Position numbers and translations under genes: made by a program | Shown here: positions 1-9,325 of the stretch, piece by piece | How positions within the stretch are numbered: the first letter of the stretch is position 1 | Layout: each line of letters begins with the position of its first letter | Virus record (IMG/VR): IMGVR_UViG_3300021958_008605 | Location: 1-64,000 of that record | Reading direction: 5' to 3' (one strand) | Length of the DNA stretch: 64,000 bases | Origin: a virus | Taxonomy: Duplodnaviria; Caudoviricetes | Notes under the pieces: model-generated | Told to the model about the DNA's origin: nothing | Databases searched by the model: none | The model's input: only the letters and a program-made list of their open reading frames with translations

Positions 1-855
1 TATGCCTTTCATTCTATCTTTGGGAGAATCTAATAAATCAAAACTATAATCAAAAATTTCATCATAAAGTTCGAATCCAAATTCTTGTAATACTTTATGA
101 AATCCTTTTTGTGAATAAACAATAAAAGGTTGTCCTATTAAAATTGATTTACAAGTTTTTTCTGATATTCCTATCATTAAATCATCAGATTCAGTTACTA
201 AATTTATTAATGGATTTCCATATAGTAAATCTTTCCAATAATAATCCCAACCATCAGATGAATCGTAGTTCAGTTTTTTATACTTATTATCAAAATATTT
301 GAAATCAAATGTATCTGCTATCTCACATCCCTTCAACCAGCTATATTCTGAATACTTTAGTAAATTATATTCAGATAACATATCTATCATTTCACATCTA
401 AAATGATGTGATTTAGAATTTAATGAAATAAATAGTTTATTAAATTTTATATTTTTTATATCATTAGATAATTCATATATAATATCTTTACTTAGATAGT
501 TTAAAAAATATAAAAAATAAAGGGGAGTGTTAAATATTTTTATATTTGAATACTTGTTTACAAATGAATATTTTTTTTCTTTAGGATATCCTGATAAACA
601 TATACAAAATATAATATCTTTTTCTATTAAGTTTTTATTATATTTTATCCAAAATTCTTCATACTCATCAGAATCCATTCCATGAAATTCTCGTTCTTGT
701 TCTTCTTGAAATAAAATATATTTTTTATTTTCTTTTGTTGCTGATTCTAAAAAATATTCAAACCAACTATAAGGCTCATTTAAACTACCTTGATAGTTAT
801 AATCGTAAACTTCATTTTTTCTTAATTTATTTATTGGACAAATATATGCGTTCAC
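1..855 (-). CDS. Partial CDS (runs off window start): member of unnamed six-paralogue family, putative GT10-like glycosyltransferase
   Basis: Manually translated, not in ORF track. GTG start at 855, open to position 1. Contains FNKLFISLNSKSHHFR...NLVTES...ISEKTCKSILIGQPFI...GFELYDEIFDYSFD, the same motif series as 4918..6090. Confidence 0.8.
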   Translation of the reverse strand, partial: MNAYICPINKLRKNEVYDYNYQGSLNEPYSWFEYFLESATKENKKYILFQEEQEREFHGMDSDEYEEFWIKYNKNLIEKDIIFCICLSGYPKEKKYSFVNKYSNIKIFNTPLYFLYFLNYLSKDIIYELSNDIKNIKFNKLFISLNSKSHHFRCEMIDMLSEYNLLKYSEYSWLKGCEIADTFDFKYFDNKYKKLNYDSSDGWDYYWKDLLYGNPLINLVTESDDLMIGISEKTCKSILIGQPFIVYSQKGFHKVLQEFGFELYDEIFDYSFDLLDSPKDRMKGI

Positions 856-856
856 C

Positions 857-997
857 TTAATGGTTTTTATAAATAAATGGGTCTCTTTTACGAAGTTCTT
901 CTAATTTCTTTTTGTATTGTTTTTTTAGTTTTCTTCTTACAAAATAGTTTTTAATAGAAGTATAAGGATACAATAATATTTCAATAATTTTTTTCAT
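857..997 (-). CDS. Small basic hypothetical protein (46 aa)
   Basis: Manually translated: MKKIIEILLYPYTSIKNYFVRRKLKKQYKKKLEELRKRDPFIYKNH. Fills the gap exactly between flanking genes on the same strand. Confidence 0.7.
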   Translation of the reverse strand: MKKIIEILLYPYTSIKNYFVRRKLKKQYKKKLEELRKRDPFIYKNH

Positions 998-999
998 AT

Positions 1000-1548
1000 T
1001 TAATTTTTATAATATAATTGAGGATATTCTACTAATATATGTATTCCTCCCTCAGATAAAGCCTTCTTATATGCTGGTAAAATTTTATCTGGTGAATCTA
1101 ATTTTTCAATAGTACAGTTTGTAACCATCTGTTTAAATGCATCGGTGTAATCTGCTTTATGTTGATGACCAGGGTCTAATGGTTCATCCGAGCCTTTACC
1201 AACTCTTACAATTACATTTGGTTTCCATTCACCATCTGACATTACTTCTAATTTATCCAAGTGATTAATTAATTGATTTACTGCAAGAATAACAAAATCC
1301 CATCTTGGGTAAAAAGTAACAACTTGATGACCGGTCATTGCCAATCCCATAGTCATTCCCATTTGGGTTTCTTCCATTACTGGTGTTTCTATCATTCTTT
1401 CTTTTGGTAATCCCTCAATAGTTTTACTCATTGGGTTTCCATACCATACGATTTGTTGTCCTATGAAAATTGTTTTTGGGTCATCCATTGCAAGTTTCAT
1501 TGCTTCTGTTAAAGCATCTAAATAAGGTGTGTATTCTGGTTGTGCCAT
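1000..1548 (-). CDS. TPP-dependent enzyme, E1-beta/transketolase pyrimidine-binding subunit (lacks the C-terminal domain)
   Basis: ETPVMEETQMGMTMGLAMTG, NQLINHLDK and GHQH match the transketolase/E1-beta pyrimidine-binding domain; only 182 aa. Confidence 0.85.
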   Translation of the reverse strand: MAQPEYTPYLDALTEAMKLAMDDPKTIFIGQQIVWYGNPMSKTIEGLPKERMIETPVMEETQMGMTMGLAMTGHQVVTFYPRWDFVILAVNQLINHLDKLEVMSDGEWKPNVIVRVGKGSDEPLDPGHQHKADYTDAFKQMVTNCTIEKLDSPDKILPAYKKALSEGGIHILVEYPQLYYKN

Positions 1549-2480
1549 TAGTTATTTTCTTTAAAATAGTTATAAGTTCTTTTTACTCCTTCTTCAAATC
1601 CTGTTTGAGGAAGTAATCCATATTTTTCTTGTATAGTAGTATTCATTCTTCTTCTTGGTTCTCCATTTGGTTTTGATGTATCCCAAGTTACATTGATATC
1701 TTTACCACTTACTTTTATAATTGTATCAACCATTCTTTTGATTGATATTTCCTCACCACTACCCAAGTTGGATACGATGTGTAGTTTATCTTCTAAACAT
1801 TTGATAGTTGCTGATGCAACATCTCCCGCGTAGATGAAATCTCGTGTTGGAGTTCCATCTCCCCATCCTACAATCTCACCATCTGATTCGTAAACTTTTT
1901 TGATATTAGCAGGTAGTGCCATTGCCCACTCACCAAAGTTATCATACTCACCAAAGATATTTGCTGGTCTTACAACTGTCCAATTTTTCCAATCGTGTTG
2001 AACACCATATGCTTCTAAATACAACTCTGGTACTCTTTTACTCCACGATGGATACCAATCGTGTTGTGATGGTAGAGTTTTCCAAACTGTATCTTCTATA
2101 AACTCTGGTGCTGATTCATATACACCAACTGATGACATGAATACTAACCAAACATCTTTTCTAAAACAGTTTTCTATAATGTTGAAGTTTCCTTTGATTG
2201 ATGGTTCTAAAAAATCAACAGGATTTTCTTTTGCAGTTTTGGGTGTTCCTTTTATACCAAAAGAATTGATACAACCTTCAAAATCATACCAATCAAATAA
2301 AACAGATGTTTCTGTTACATCTCTTAAATCTAAATCGTGAAATTTAAAGTTTACCGAATCTTCTCTATTTGGTTTTTTTAAATCAACTCCTACTACAAAG
2401 TATCCTTTTTCTATAAGTTGGTCTACGATATGTGTTCCAACCAAACCACTACAACCTGTTACTAATATTGCTTTACTCAT
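1548..2480 (-). CDS. NAD-dependent epimerase/dehydratase (GDP-fucose synthase-like extended SDR)
   Basis: TGCSGLVG Rossmann motif, YxxxK-like YPSWSK, RPANIFGEYDNF, WGDGTPTRDFIY, WDTSKPNGEPRR. Confidence 0.85.
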   Translation of the reverse strand: MSKAILVTGCSGLVGTHIVDQLIEKGYFVVGVDLKKPNREDSVNFKFHDLDLRDVTETSVLFDWYDFEGCINSFGIKGTPKTAKENPVDFLEPSIKGNFNIIENCFRKDVWLVFMSSVGVYESAPEFIEDTVWKTLPSQHDWYPSWSKRVPELYLEAYGVQHDWKNWTVVRPANIFGEYDNFGEWAMALPANIKKVYESDGEIVGWGDGTPTRDFIYAGDVASATIKCLEDKLHIVSNLGSGEEISIKRMVDTIIKVSGKDINVTWDTSKPNGEPRRRMNTTIQEKYGLLPQTGFEEGVKRTYNYFKENN

Positions 2481-3411
2481 TTTTTAATTTATCTATTATT
2501 GAAAGAGCTAAAACTTTATGACAATCCAAAGATGGATGCATATCATAAATAGTTTCTTCAAAATATGAATCAGAATCAATTGACATATTATCTTCACCAT
2601 CCATTAAATCTTGAATAGATTTGTAATATTTATTTGGATGAATTATAGGAATATATCTTTTCTGAAACCAATCATCTTCTTTTGTTACTTTAAGTATATC
2701 ATTTTTCCATGGAAGTATATAGACCTTGATTCCTTTTTCTTCGAAGAATTTTAATTCTTTCTTTATTAAGTTTTTTGTATTTATGTGGTGAAATTTTTCA
2801 AACTCATCAAAAGATATTCCTGAATCTATTAACGAATCTAAAAATAAATTTAATTTAAAATCTTCATCTTCACCTACAATGTAATTTCCTACACCAATTC
2901 TTAAAGTTTGCTTTTCTGTTGTTAGAAATCTTTCATCATCAAAGTGATACTTATTTTTTGAAGAAATATCATCAGCCACTAAATGTTTTCTGTAATCTTT
3001 GTATTTTTTTAAATCAATATCAAAAGTGTATTCACATCTATTTAATATACTAGTCTGATAAATGATATGTGTAACATCTTTATAATCATATAAAAAAGGA
3101 TTTAAATCTTTTTGTAAGTAATCCCATTTCATATTATTATCATTTTTAAATTCTTTAAAACAACTTTTTACAAAATTTAAACTTTCATCTTCACTTCCAC
3201 CATTTACTCTTTTTACAATATCAGATTTACCAAAATATTTTGAAACTATATATGAAAATCTATTTTTTTCCATATATTGTATGTGTGAATCTTTTATAAC
3301 ATCTCTATCAAATTCATATTCAATTGGCTTTACAATATCATCAAAATTTCCATAATGCCACAAACCCTGTCCCCATGTAAAAGAACATCCAGAAAATATT
3401 ATATTTTTCAT
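2473..3411 (-). CDS. SGNH/GDSL-like hydrolase or acyltransferase
   Basis: N-terminal FSGCSFTWGQG, NGGS block, C-terminal DMHPS (DxH). Confidence 0.65.
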   Translation of the reverse strand: MKNIIFSGCSFTWGQGLWHYGNFDDIVKPIEYEFDRDVIKDSHIQYMEKNRFSYIVSKYFGKSDIVKRVNGGSEDESLNFVKSCFKEFKNDNNMKWDYLQKDLNPFLYDYKDVTHIIYQTSILNRCEYTFDIDLKKYKDYRKHLVADDISSKNKYHFDDERFLTTEKQTLRIGVGNYIVGEDEDFKLNLFLDSLIDSGISFDEFEKFHHINTKNLIKKELKFFEEKGIKVYILPWKNDILKVTKEDDWFQKRYIPIIHPNKYYKSIQDLMDGEDNMSIDSDSYFEETIYDMHPSLDCHKVLALSIIDKLKNE

Positions 3412-4286
3412 CTTAATGTTTTCATTTTTTGTTCTAATGATTCTGCTATCAATTTATGTAATTCTAAAGAAGGATGTGCATCTCCACCACAATCATGTAT
3501 TTTTGTTTTATCATTTTCTATATCTAATTTAAATTTCTCTATAAGATATTCTAATGTATTATAGTAATTGTTATTATATTTTATTTGAACAAATCTTTCT
3601 TGTAAGAAAGGACTTTCATTTATATAACTCAAATATTCATCAGTCCAACAAAATATTAAACATTTAATGTTTTGCTCTTCTAGTTCTTTAAACTTATTTT
3701 CTATTCTTTTTGCAATGTGTCTTGTATGTATTTTAAAAAAATCATTTGGTGTTAGATTGTTATCAATCAACCATTCTAAAAAAGGTTCTATTGTATCCAA
3801 TTCCTCTTCTGGTCTATTATAGTTTTGGTCATACTCTCCAATTTTACATAAAAGAGTTTGTTCTTCAAAACCAGGATTGGCTCTTATAGAATAAAGTTGT
3901 CCTTTATGTGTAAATTCAAAAGGACTTCTATAAGCTTGAGTTGTTTGAAATATACACCATTCTACTTGATTCCAATCTACATTTTCTTGTAATAAACTAC
4001 CTCCACCATCAACATGAACTATATTTTGTTTTACCATATCAATAAACAATAAGCTTTCATCATCGGTTCCACCATTTCTTCTTTTTACTATTTGCTTAAT
4101 ACCTTTATTTTTTTCTATTAAACCAGAAAACCGATTTTCAATTCTAAACTTCTGAGCTATAGGTGGTATTGGTGCATCTTCTTTTGTATATTCATTAGAA
4201 GTAGGTACATACCATTTAGTTGGACAATAACTCCACAATCCCTGTCCCCATGTAAAAGAACATCCAGCATATATTGCAATTCTCAT
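3408..4286 (-). CDS. SGNH/GDSL-like hydrolase or acyltransferase (tandem paralogue)
   Basis: YAGCSFTWGQGLW, NGGTD, DAHPS; clearly similar to 2473..3411. Confidence 0.65.
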   Translation of the reverse strand: MRIAIYAGCSFTWGQGLWSYCPTKWYVPTSNEYTKEDAPIPPIAQKFRIENRFSGLIEKNKGIKQIVKRRNGGTDDESLLFIDMVKQNIVHVDGGGSLLQENVDWNQVEWCIFQTTQAYRSPFEFTHKGQLYSIRANPGFEEQTLLCKIGEYDQNYNRPEEELDTIEPFLEWLIDNNLTPNDFFKIHTRHIAKRIENKFKELEEQNIKCLIFCWTDEYLSYINESPFLQERFVQIKYNNNYYNTLEYLIEKFKLDIENDKTKIHDCGGDAHPSLELHKLIAESLEQKMKTLR

Positions 4287-4289
4287 ATT

Positions 4290-4934
4290 TTAAAATACTA
4301 CCCATTTACCAGTACCATAATGTGGGTACTTTGATTTATACTTATAATACATTACATCCTCTGGTAGTTCTCTCTGAATACCATTCCATGTATCTAATGT
4401 TGGTGTGTTTGTGGATACACCATTATCCTCTACTACAAAGTAAAGTGGTAAATCATAGTTTCTTGCATACTTGTGAACTTCATAGAAGATTCCACTTTCA
4501 AATGCCATATCACCAACAAAAGCCCAAACCTTATCATCACCACCATTGTACTTGATTGATTTAGCAACTCCTAATGCAATTGGTAAAATACCAGTTACGA
4601 TTGCTGATGCGTAAAACTTTGAATCTTTATCTACAATAGTAATTGATTTACCATCAAGTATTTTTTGCTTTAACTTACTTGGTTCTATACCATGAAGTAA
4701 TGCATGATAGTGAGACCTCCAAGTTGAGAATACCCAATCAGTTGGAGATATTTTTTTAAATACTTCTATTAGTTGTTCTTCGTTTCCATTTGATAAATGT
4801 ATTGGGCCTCTAATATCCCCACCTTCCCAATGAGAAATAATATCATCTTCAAAGGCGATTAAATCTTCTTTTGACCAGTTTCCATCTACCCATCTATCTT
4901 CGTGGTAATCTAAATTTTTAATTTCTGTTTTCAT
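4290..4934 (-). CDS. TPP-dependent enzyme, E1-alpha-like subunit
   Basis: GPIHLSNGNEE, STWRSHYHAL and the TPP-binding GDMAFESG...EDN motif; only 214 aa. Confidence 0.85.
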   Translation of the reverse strand: MKTEIKNLDYHEDRWVDGNWSKEDLIAFEDDIISHWEGGDIRGPIHLSNGNEEQLIEVFKKISPTDWVFSTWRSHYHALLHGIEPSKLKQKILDGKSITIVDKDSKFYASAIVTGILPIALGVAKSIKYNGGDDKVWAFVGDMAFESGIFYEVHKYARNYDLPLYFVVEDNGVSTNTPTLDTWNGIQRELPEDVMYYKYKSKYPHYGTGKWVVF

Positions 4935-6090
4935 ATAGTGTTATCAATTCATTTGGTATGAACTCATCATTTTCCATAAGTTCAAAACATTTGTTTTTAT
5001 TATAATTTAATATATCTTCCATTTGATTATAAAGTTCAGTATAATCTAAATCTTTAAGTTTTTTTAATTCAACTAACATACCATCAAATCTTTCAATCGG
5101 GTCATCTATATCATCGAAAGAATAATCAATAATATTATCAAAAAGTTTGAATCCATATTTTACAACCTCTTTGTTTATTCCCTTAGAACCATAAGCTATA
5201 AATGGTTGTTTTATAAAGAAACACCTATATATTTTTTCAGTAACATAAGGAACATCCATTGATGTTTCTCCAACTAAATTAAATAGTGCATTTGGATTTA
5301 GTATTACATCTGAGAACTCATCTGTAAAATTCTTTTTTTGAGATACATAATCATCCAAATTTATAATTTCTTCTTTCCAATATTTACTTTCATATTGTTC
5401 ACTACTTATTATATCTCCAAAATCTCCATTACTATTCCAAGAGTTATACCCCAAATCAAACATATTATGTTTTACAAGCAAATCCATTACCATCTTTCTA
5501 TGAATTCTTGGTTTACCATTTAGATGTATATACAACTTATTGAAACTTTTATTAATGATTATATTTTTCCAATTTTCTATTTTATATTCTTCTTCAAATT
5601 GTAAACCTATATTATCTAAATGTTCTGTTCTTAGTTGTTCAAATGTATGTTGAATTAAATAAGTTGGCCAATATAATATTTTAAATCGTTTTACTTTGCT
5701 TTCTTCTATGAATCTATTATATAGTTCTGGTTTATGAGAACCCATAACAATATATAAATTAGAGTCCAATTTTTCCAATTCAGCATCAAATTTTTGTATT
5801 CTACTAAAATCTCCAATTAAAGAGTTTTGAAGTTCTAAAACAAAATAATCAGTTTGACATTCTGTTGGTATATAATGAAATAAATTTTTACACTTATTAT
5901 CATTTATAAATTTTAATATATTTGAAAACAAATTATCATATGTAAAGTTTTCATTATAATATATTTTATTATTAGGATGTGTAAAAAAATTTATATTATC
6001 AACTGTATGAGAATCTATATCACAAATTAATCCGAAGTAATTAAAAACTTTTTTTATTTTACTGTGATAAAAACTTCCCCTATCTGTCAT
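4918..6090 (-). CDS. Unnamed paralogue family member, putative GT10-like glycosyltransferase
   Basis: LNGKPRIHR...NLVGETS...VTEKIYRCFFIKQPFI...GFKLFDNIIDYSFD. The TEK/PFI motifs resemble the alpha-1,3-fucosyltransferase motif (inference). Confidence 0.55.
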   Translation of the reverse strand: MTDRGSFYHSKIKKVFNYFGLICDIDSHTVDNINFFTHPNNKIYYNENFTYDNLFSNILKFINDNKCKNLFHYIPTECQTDYFVLELQNSLIGDFSRIQKFDAELEKLDSNLYIVMGSHKPELYNRFIEESKVKRFKILYWPTYLIQHTFEQLRTEHLDNIGLQFEEEYKIENWKNIIINKSFNKLYIHLNGKPRIHRKMVMDLLVKHNMFDLGYNSWNSNGDFGDIISSEQYESKYWKEEIINLDDYVSQKKNFTDEFSDVILNPNALFNLVGETSMDVPYVTEKIYRCFFIKQPFIAYGSKGINKEVVKYGFKLFDNIIDYSFDDIDDPIERFDGMLVELKKLKDLDYTELYNQMEDILNYNKNKCFELMENDEFIPNELITLYENRN

Positions 6091-6664
6091 TTGGCTTATC
6101 TCTTTTAGATAATATTGGATTATCAGTAGGCCAATCTATGTTAAATCTTTTATCGTTCCAAAATACAGTACCTTGTTTATCATCATCATAGTATTCACCT
6201 TGATATGCAAGTTTGTATTGGAAAATAGAATTATCTTCCATTACATAATGTCCATTTGCAAATCCAGGTGGAATTAAAACTTGAGTACCTGTTTCTGGCC
6301 CTATTATAAAAGATTCCCACTTACCATAGTTTGGTTGCTTTGGTCTCAAATCCAACACAACAAGATACAACTTACCATGAGGACAGGAAATAAGTTTCCA
6401 TGTTTTATCATCATAGTGTAATCCTCTTAATACATTTTGTTTTGATTTTGAATACCTATCATGATTAAACTTCAACCCCTCGTTTCTTTCACCAGCTGGT
6501 AATAGTTTATCATAAAAATCAGAATGATATGTTGTAGTAATCATTCCTCTATATTCGTGATATATAGATGGTTGTATAACCTTTACTTGCGGTAAAACAG
6601 AACCATTGTAAAAGTGAAAATCATCCCAACTTCTTTCTTTGTAAAATATACTTCTATTTTTCAT
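6080..6664 (-). CDS. rfbC: dTDP-4-dehydrorhamnose 3,5-epimerase family (RmlC cupin)
   Basis: EYRG, SKSKQNVLRGLHY, LVVLDLR, QVLIPPGFANGHY, YKL, WNDKRFNIDWP, PILSKRD. Confidence 0.9.
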   Translation of the reverse strand: MKNRSIFYKERSWDDFHFYNGSVLPQVKVIQPSIYHEYRGMITTTYHSDFYDKLLPAGERNEGLKFNHDRYSKSKQNVLRGLHYDDKTWKLISCPHGKLYLVVLDLRPKQPNYGKWESFIIGPETGTQVLIPPGFANGHYVMEDNSIFQYKLAYQGEYYDDDKQGTVFWNDKRFNIDWPTDNPILSKRDKPNDR

Positions 6665-8112
6665 TATAACAATTCTTTATTAATTATACTCACTCCTCGT
6701 TTCTGAACAACTTGGGTTGAACATCTATTTGCAAACTGAATTGAGTTTTCAATTGAGTTAGTTTGTATATATTTAAATATAAGACCGGCCAAAAAACTAT
6801 CTCCAGCACCGGCAACATCTTTTACACCAACTTCTTTAGTTGGATAATTTTCTCCACTATAATCACAACCATAAGGTCCTCTTGTAACTATTAGTTTTTC
6901 TTTTATCCATTCATTTTTATCAATAAACTCTTTACTATTTAGATATTCTGTATAGTTTATTTTAATAAACGAAATATCCTTACACCATTCTCCCAATTTT
7001 TTCTTTGTATCTAAAAAACTAAGATTACATTCTGATGCTAAAGTTTGTATATTATGTTCTGAAAGAAATCCTTTATTGTAATCTACAATAACCACGATAT
7101 CATAATCTGATGCTTTTGGTAGTTTATTAATTTGTTTTACATTATCATTTTCATCAACCCTTAATAAAATATAATTATATGATTCATCTACATATCTTAT
7201 TTTTTTAATAGTTTCAGTATTTGTTATAAATTTAGGCTGTAAACCAAGTGAATTTAAATTTAGTTTTACATTTTCTGCCATTCCTTTATTAGTTGCTGTT
7301 GAAGAGGGGACCAATACAGGTACAGGTGCCTCTGGTGATAATCTTTCTGATTTTCCATATATAAAAATATCATCACATGATTCACCAATAACCAAAATAT
7401 TTACTGATTTTACAAGTTGAGTATATTCTTCTGATAATACAGATACTTTGCCAAACAAATCATTCATTTCATCTCCTGTTAAATTATCTTTCCAATTTAT
7501 ACTATTAATTAATTTTATTTGATTTGGCCTTGCATGAAAACAAACCATACCATCGTATTGTTTATTTTTTAAATTAGTAGAAAGTATATATCTTCCAAAA
7601 TCATGATGAGAATCCATCATTAATTCAGGGGAGGGTAAATTTTTTAAAAACTCCAATATAAGATTACCACTTCCCATAAAATAGTGGTCTTGTATAAATG
7701 GATTTTCAAAACTAAGTTTTTCATTTAAAGTATATAATGTATTTTTATCATAGTTTTCTAAAAAGGTATTAACATCGTTTAAATACATCGTAGAATCTAA
7801 ACGATTTACTATTATAAAATCATATATATTTCCACTTTCAATTATTTTTTTATAAAGAAATCTAAATGAACGAAAATTTAAATGAATATCTCTTGGTTCA
7901 GGGTCAAATCGATACTCATCTCTTTTTTCCAACCAAATTTTAGGATTTTTAAATAATTTTGTTATTTCATTTTCTGATATAGGCCTATCATCACTTTTTG
8001 TTTGTGTATGAACATACACATCTATATCGTGATTTGTATCTAATATATTCCAAGTAGGTACTGCTGTTTCCGCAGTTCTATATTCACCATATGTTAGTAT
8101 TGCTATTTTCAT
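6664..8112 (-). CDS. Fusion: N-terminal unknown (putative glycosyltransferase) domain + HldE/RfaE-type heptose-phosphate kinase (PfkB family)
   Basis: C-terminal half ILVIGESCDDIFIYGKSERLSPEAPVPV...DYNKG...DVAGAGDSF. N-terminal half MKIAILTYGEYRT...RLDS resembles 8109..8921. Confidence 0.8.
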   Translation of the reverse strand: MKIAILTYGEYRTAETAVPTWNILDTNHDIDVYVHTQTKSDDRPISENEITKLFKNPKIWLEKRDEYRFDPEPRDIHLNFRSFRFLYKKIIESGNIYDFIIVNRLDSTMYLNDVNTFLENYDKNTLYTLNEKLSFENPFIQDHYFMGSGNLILEFLKNLPSPELMMDSHHDFGRYILSTNLKNKQYDGMVCFHARPNQIKLINSINWKDNLTGDEMNDLFGKVSVLSEEYTQLVKSVNILVIGESCDDIFIYGKSERLSPEAPVPVLVPSSTATNKGMAENVKLNLNSLGLQPKFITNTETIKKIRYVDESYNYILLRVDENDNVKQINKLPKASDYDIVVIVDYNKGFLSEHNIQTLASECNLSFLDTKKKLGEWCKDISFIKINYTEYLNSKEFIDKNEWIKEKLIVTRGPYGCDYSGENYPTKEVGVKDVAGAGDSFLAGLIFKYIQTNSIENSIQFANRCSTQVVQKRGVSIINKELL

Positions 8113-8921
8113 ATATTTTTTGAAAATTCTAAAAACATTTCGTTAAGTTCATTATCTGTAAATTTATAATCCTTAACCCAATCTATTCTATAATTCTTTT
8201 TATACTCGATATCTAATTTATATTCATACTTAGATTTAAAGTTTTTTATAAAATTAAAATACTCAGTATCTATTTCTTTTAACCTACCATACACATCAAA
8301 ATACTTTTCAAAGTACTTAACCATATTAGGTCTTATATGTTGTGATTCAAATATATCATCTTGGATTCCCCATAATAACTCATTATAATTATCACCTATA
8401 TAATCACACATAGCCTTATGTGGGTCATTTGTCCAAAATTCTCTATCTGGTAAATTATCTACAAATTTTTTTATTACAGATTGGTTACCAAAGTAAGAAT
8501 GGTCTGGCATAAATATATTTCCTTTTGCTGGTCTTAAAATTACTATTTCATTATTTACAGTTGATGGAATAGAACTCCACTCATTTACATAAAAGGTACT
8601 ATCCAATCTTCCTACAAAAATATAATCATATACTTTAGTAGTATCATTTAAATACTTTGATAAAAATCTCCAAGAAAAATGAGGAGTACGATTATCTGTT
8701 ACTTTATAAGAATTTCTGTTATACAAAAAAACTTTTGGATTATCCAATACATCAAAATCTTTTTCTGTAACAGGTTCAAACTCTAATGAGCCTAAATAAT
8801 CACTTGTTGTGTTTGGAGTGTGAATTACAATATCTAAGTTTGGAATATCTAATATGTTCCAAAACTTTCTTGAAGTTTCAAAGGTTCTCTTTTCACCATA
8901 AAGAAAAAATAAACATTTCAT
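8109..8921 (-). CDS. Hypothetical protein, putative glycosyltransferase-like; paralogue of the N-terminal domain of 6664..8112
   Basis: MKCLFFLYGEKRTFET...IHT...YDYIFVGRLDS...DHSYFG. ATG at 8921 overlaps the upstream stop (TAATG). Confidence 0.5.
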   Translation of the reverse strand: MKCLFFLYGEKRTFETSRKFWNILDIPNLDIVIHTPNTTSDYLGSLEFEPVTEKDFDVLDNPKVFLYNRNSYKVTDNRTPHFSWRFLSKYLNDTTKVYDYIFVGRLDSTFYVNEWSSIPSTVNNEIVILRPAKGNIFMPDHSYFGNQSVIKKFVDNLPDREFWTNDPHKAMCDYIGDNYNELLWGIQDDIFESQHIRPNMVKYFEKYFDVYGRLKEIDTEYFNFIKNFKSKYEYKLDIEYKKNYRIDWVKDYKFTDNELNEMFLEFSKNI

Positions 8922-9325
8922 TACCAACTAATTTCCCAATCCTTAAATTCTGCTGCAATACAATCTACCTTATAATCTTTTCTACCACCATCAACTTCTT
9001 GTATTTTATTTTTTGCTGTATTTCTGATTCCATTTAATCCATGTGTTAACAACAAGTTATTTCCTACATCTTCACCATTTCTTGCATTATCTTCATTTAC
9101 CCAAATATGAGTATTCATCTGAGCCAATACAATTATTGCTCTGATAAAATCTCCATCAATTTTTAATTGTTTTGTGGTAGTTAAGATTTCTGTAATATCA
9201 TGTACGATTTCTTCAATCTCTTTTTGATATTCCTTTTTGTGTTGTGGAATTTTAACTTCTTTAAGTTGAACTATTGTTAACCTATCAATTAGTTCTCCTA
9301 ATGTTGGTAAATATTTTCTAGCCAT
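8921..9325 (-). CDS. DUF6165-like helical protein typical of glycan clusters
   Basis: N-terminal LGELIDRLTIVQLKEVKI and late RNTAKNKI resemble the DUF6165 pattern. Confidence 0.5.
   Translation of the reverse strand: MARKYLPTLGELIDRLTIVQLKEVKIPQHKKEYQKEIEEIVHDITEILTTTKQLKIDGDFIRAIIVLAQMNTHIWVNEDNARNGEDVGNNLLLTHGLNGIRNTAKNKIQEVDGGRKDYKVDCIAAEFKDWEISW

Noticed and set aside
857-1548. Frameshift joining the E1-beta ORF to a downstream C-terminal domain
   Set aside because: The downstream sequence encodes an unrelated basic peptide and a GT10-like protein, not a transketolase C-terminal domain.
1000-4934. Pyruvate dehydrogenase auxiliary metabolic genes
   Set aside because: Both subunits are truncated, no E2/E3 is present, and they are embedded in sugar-modifying genes.
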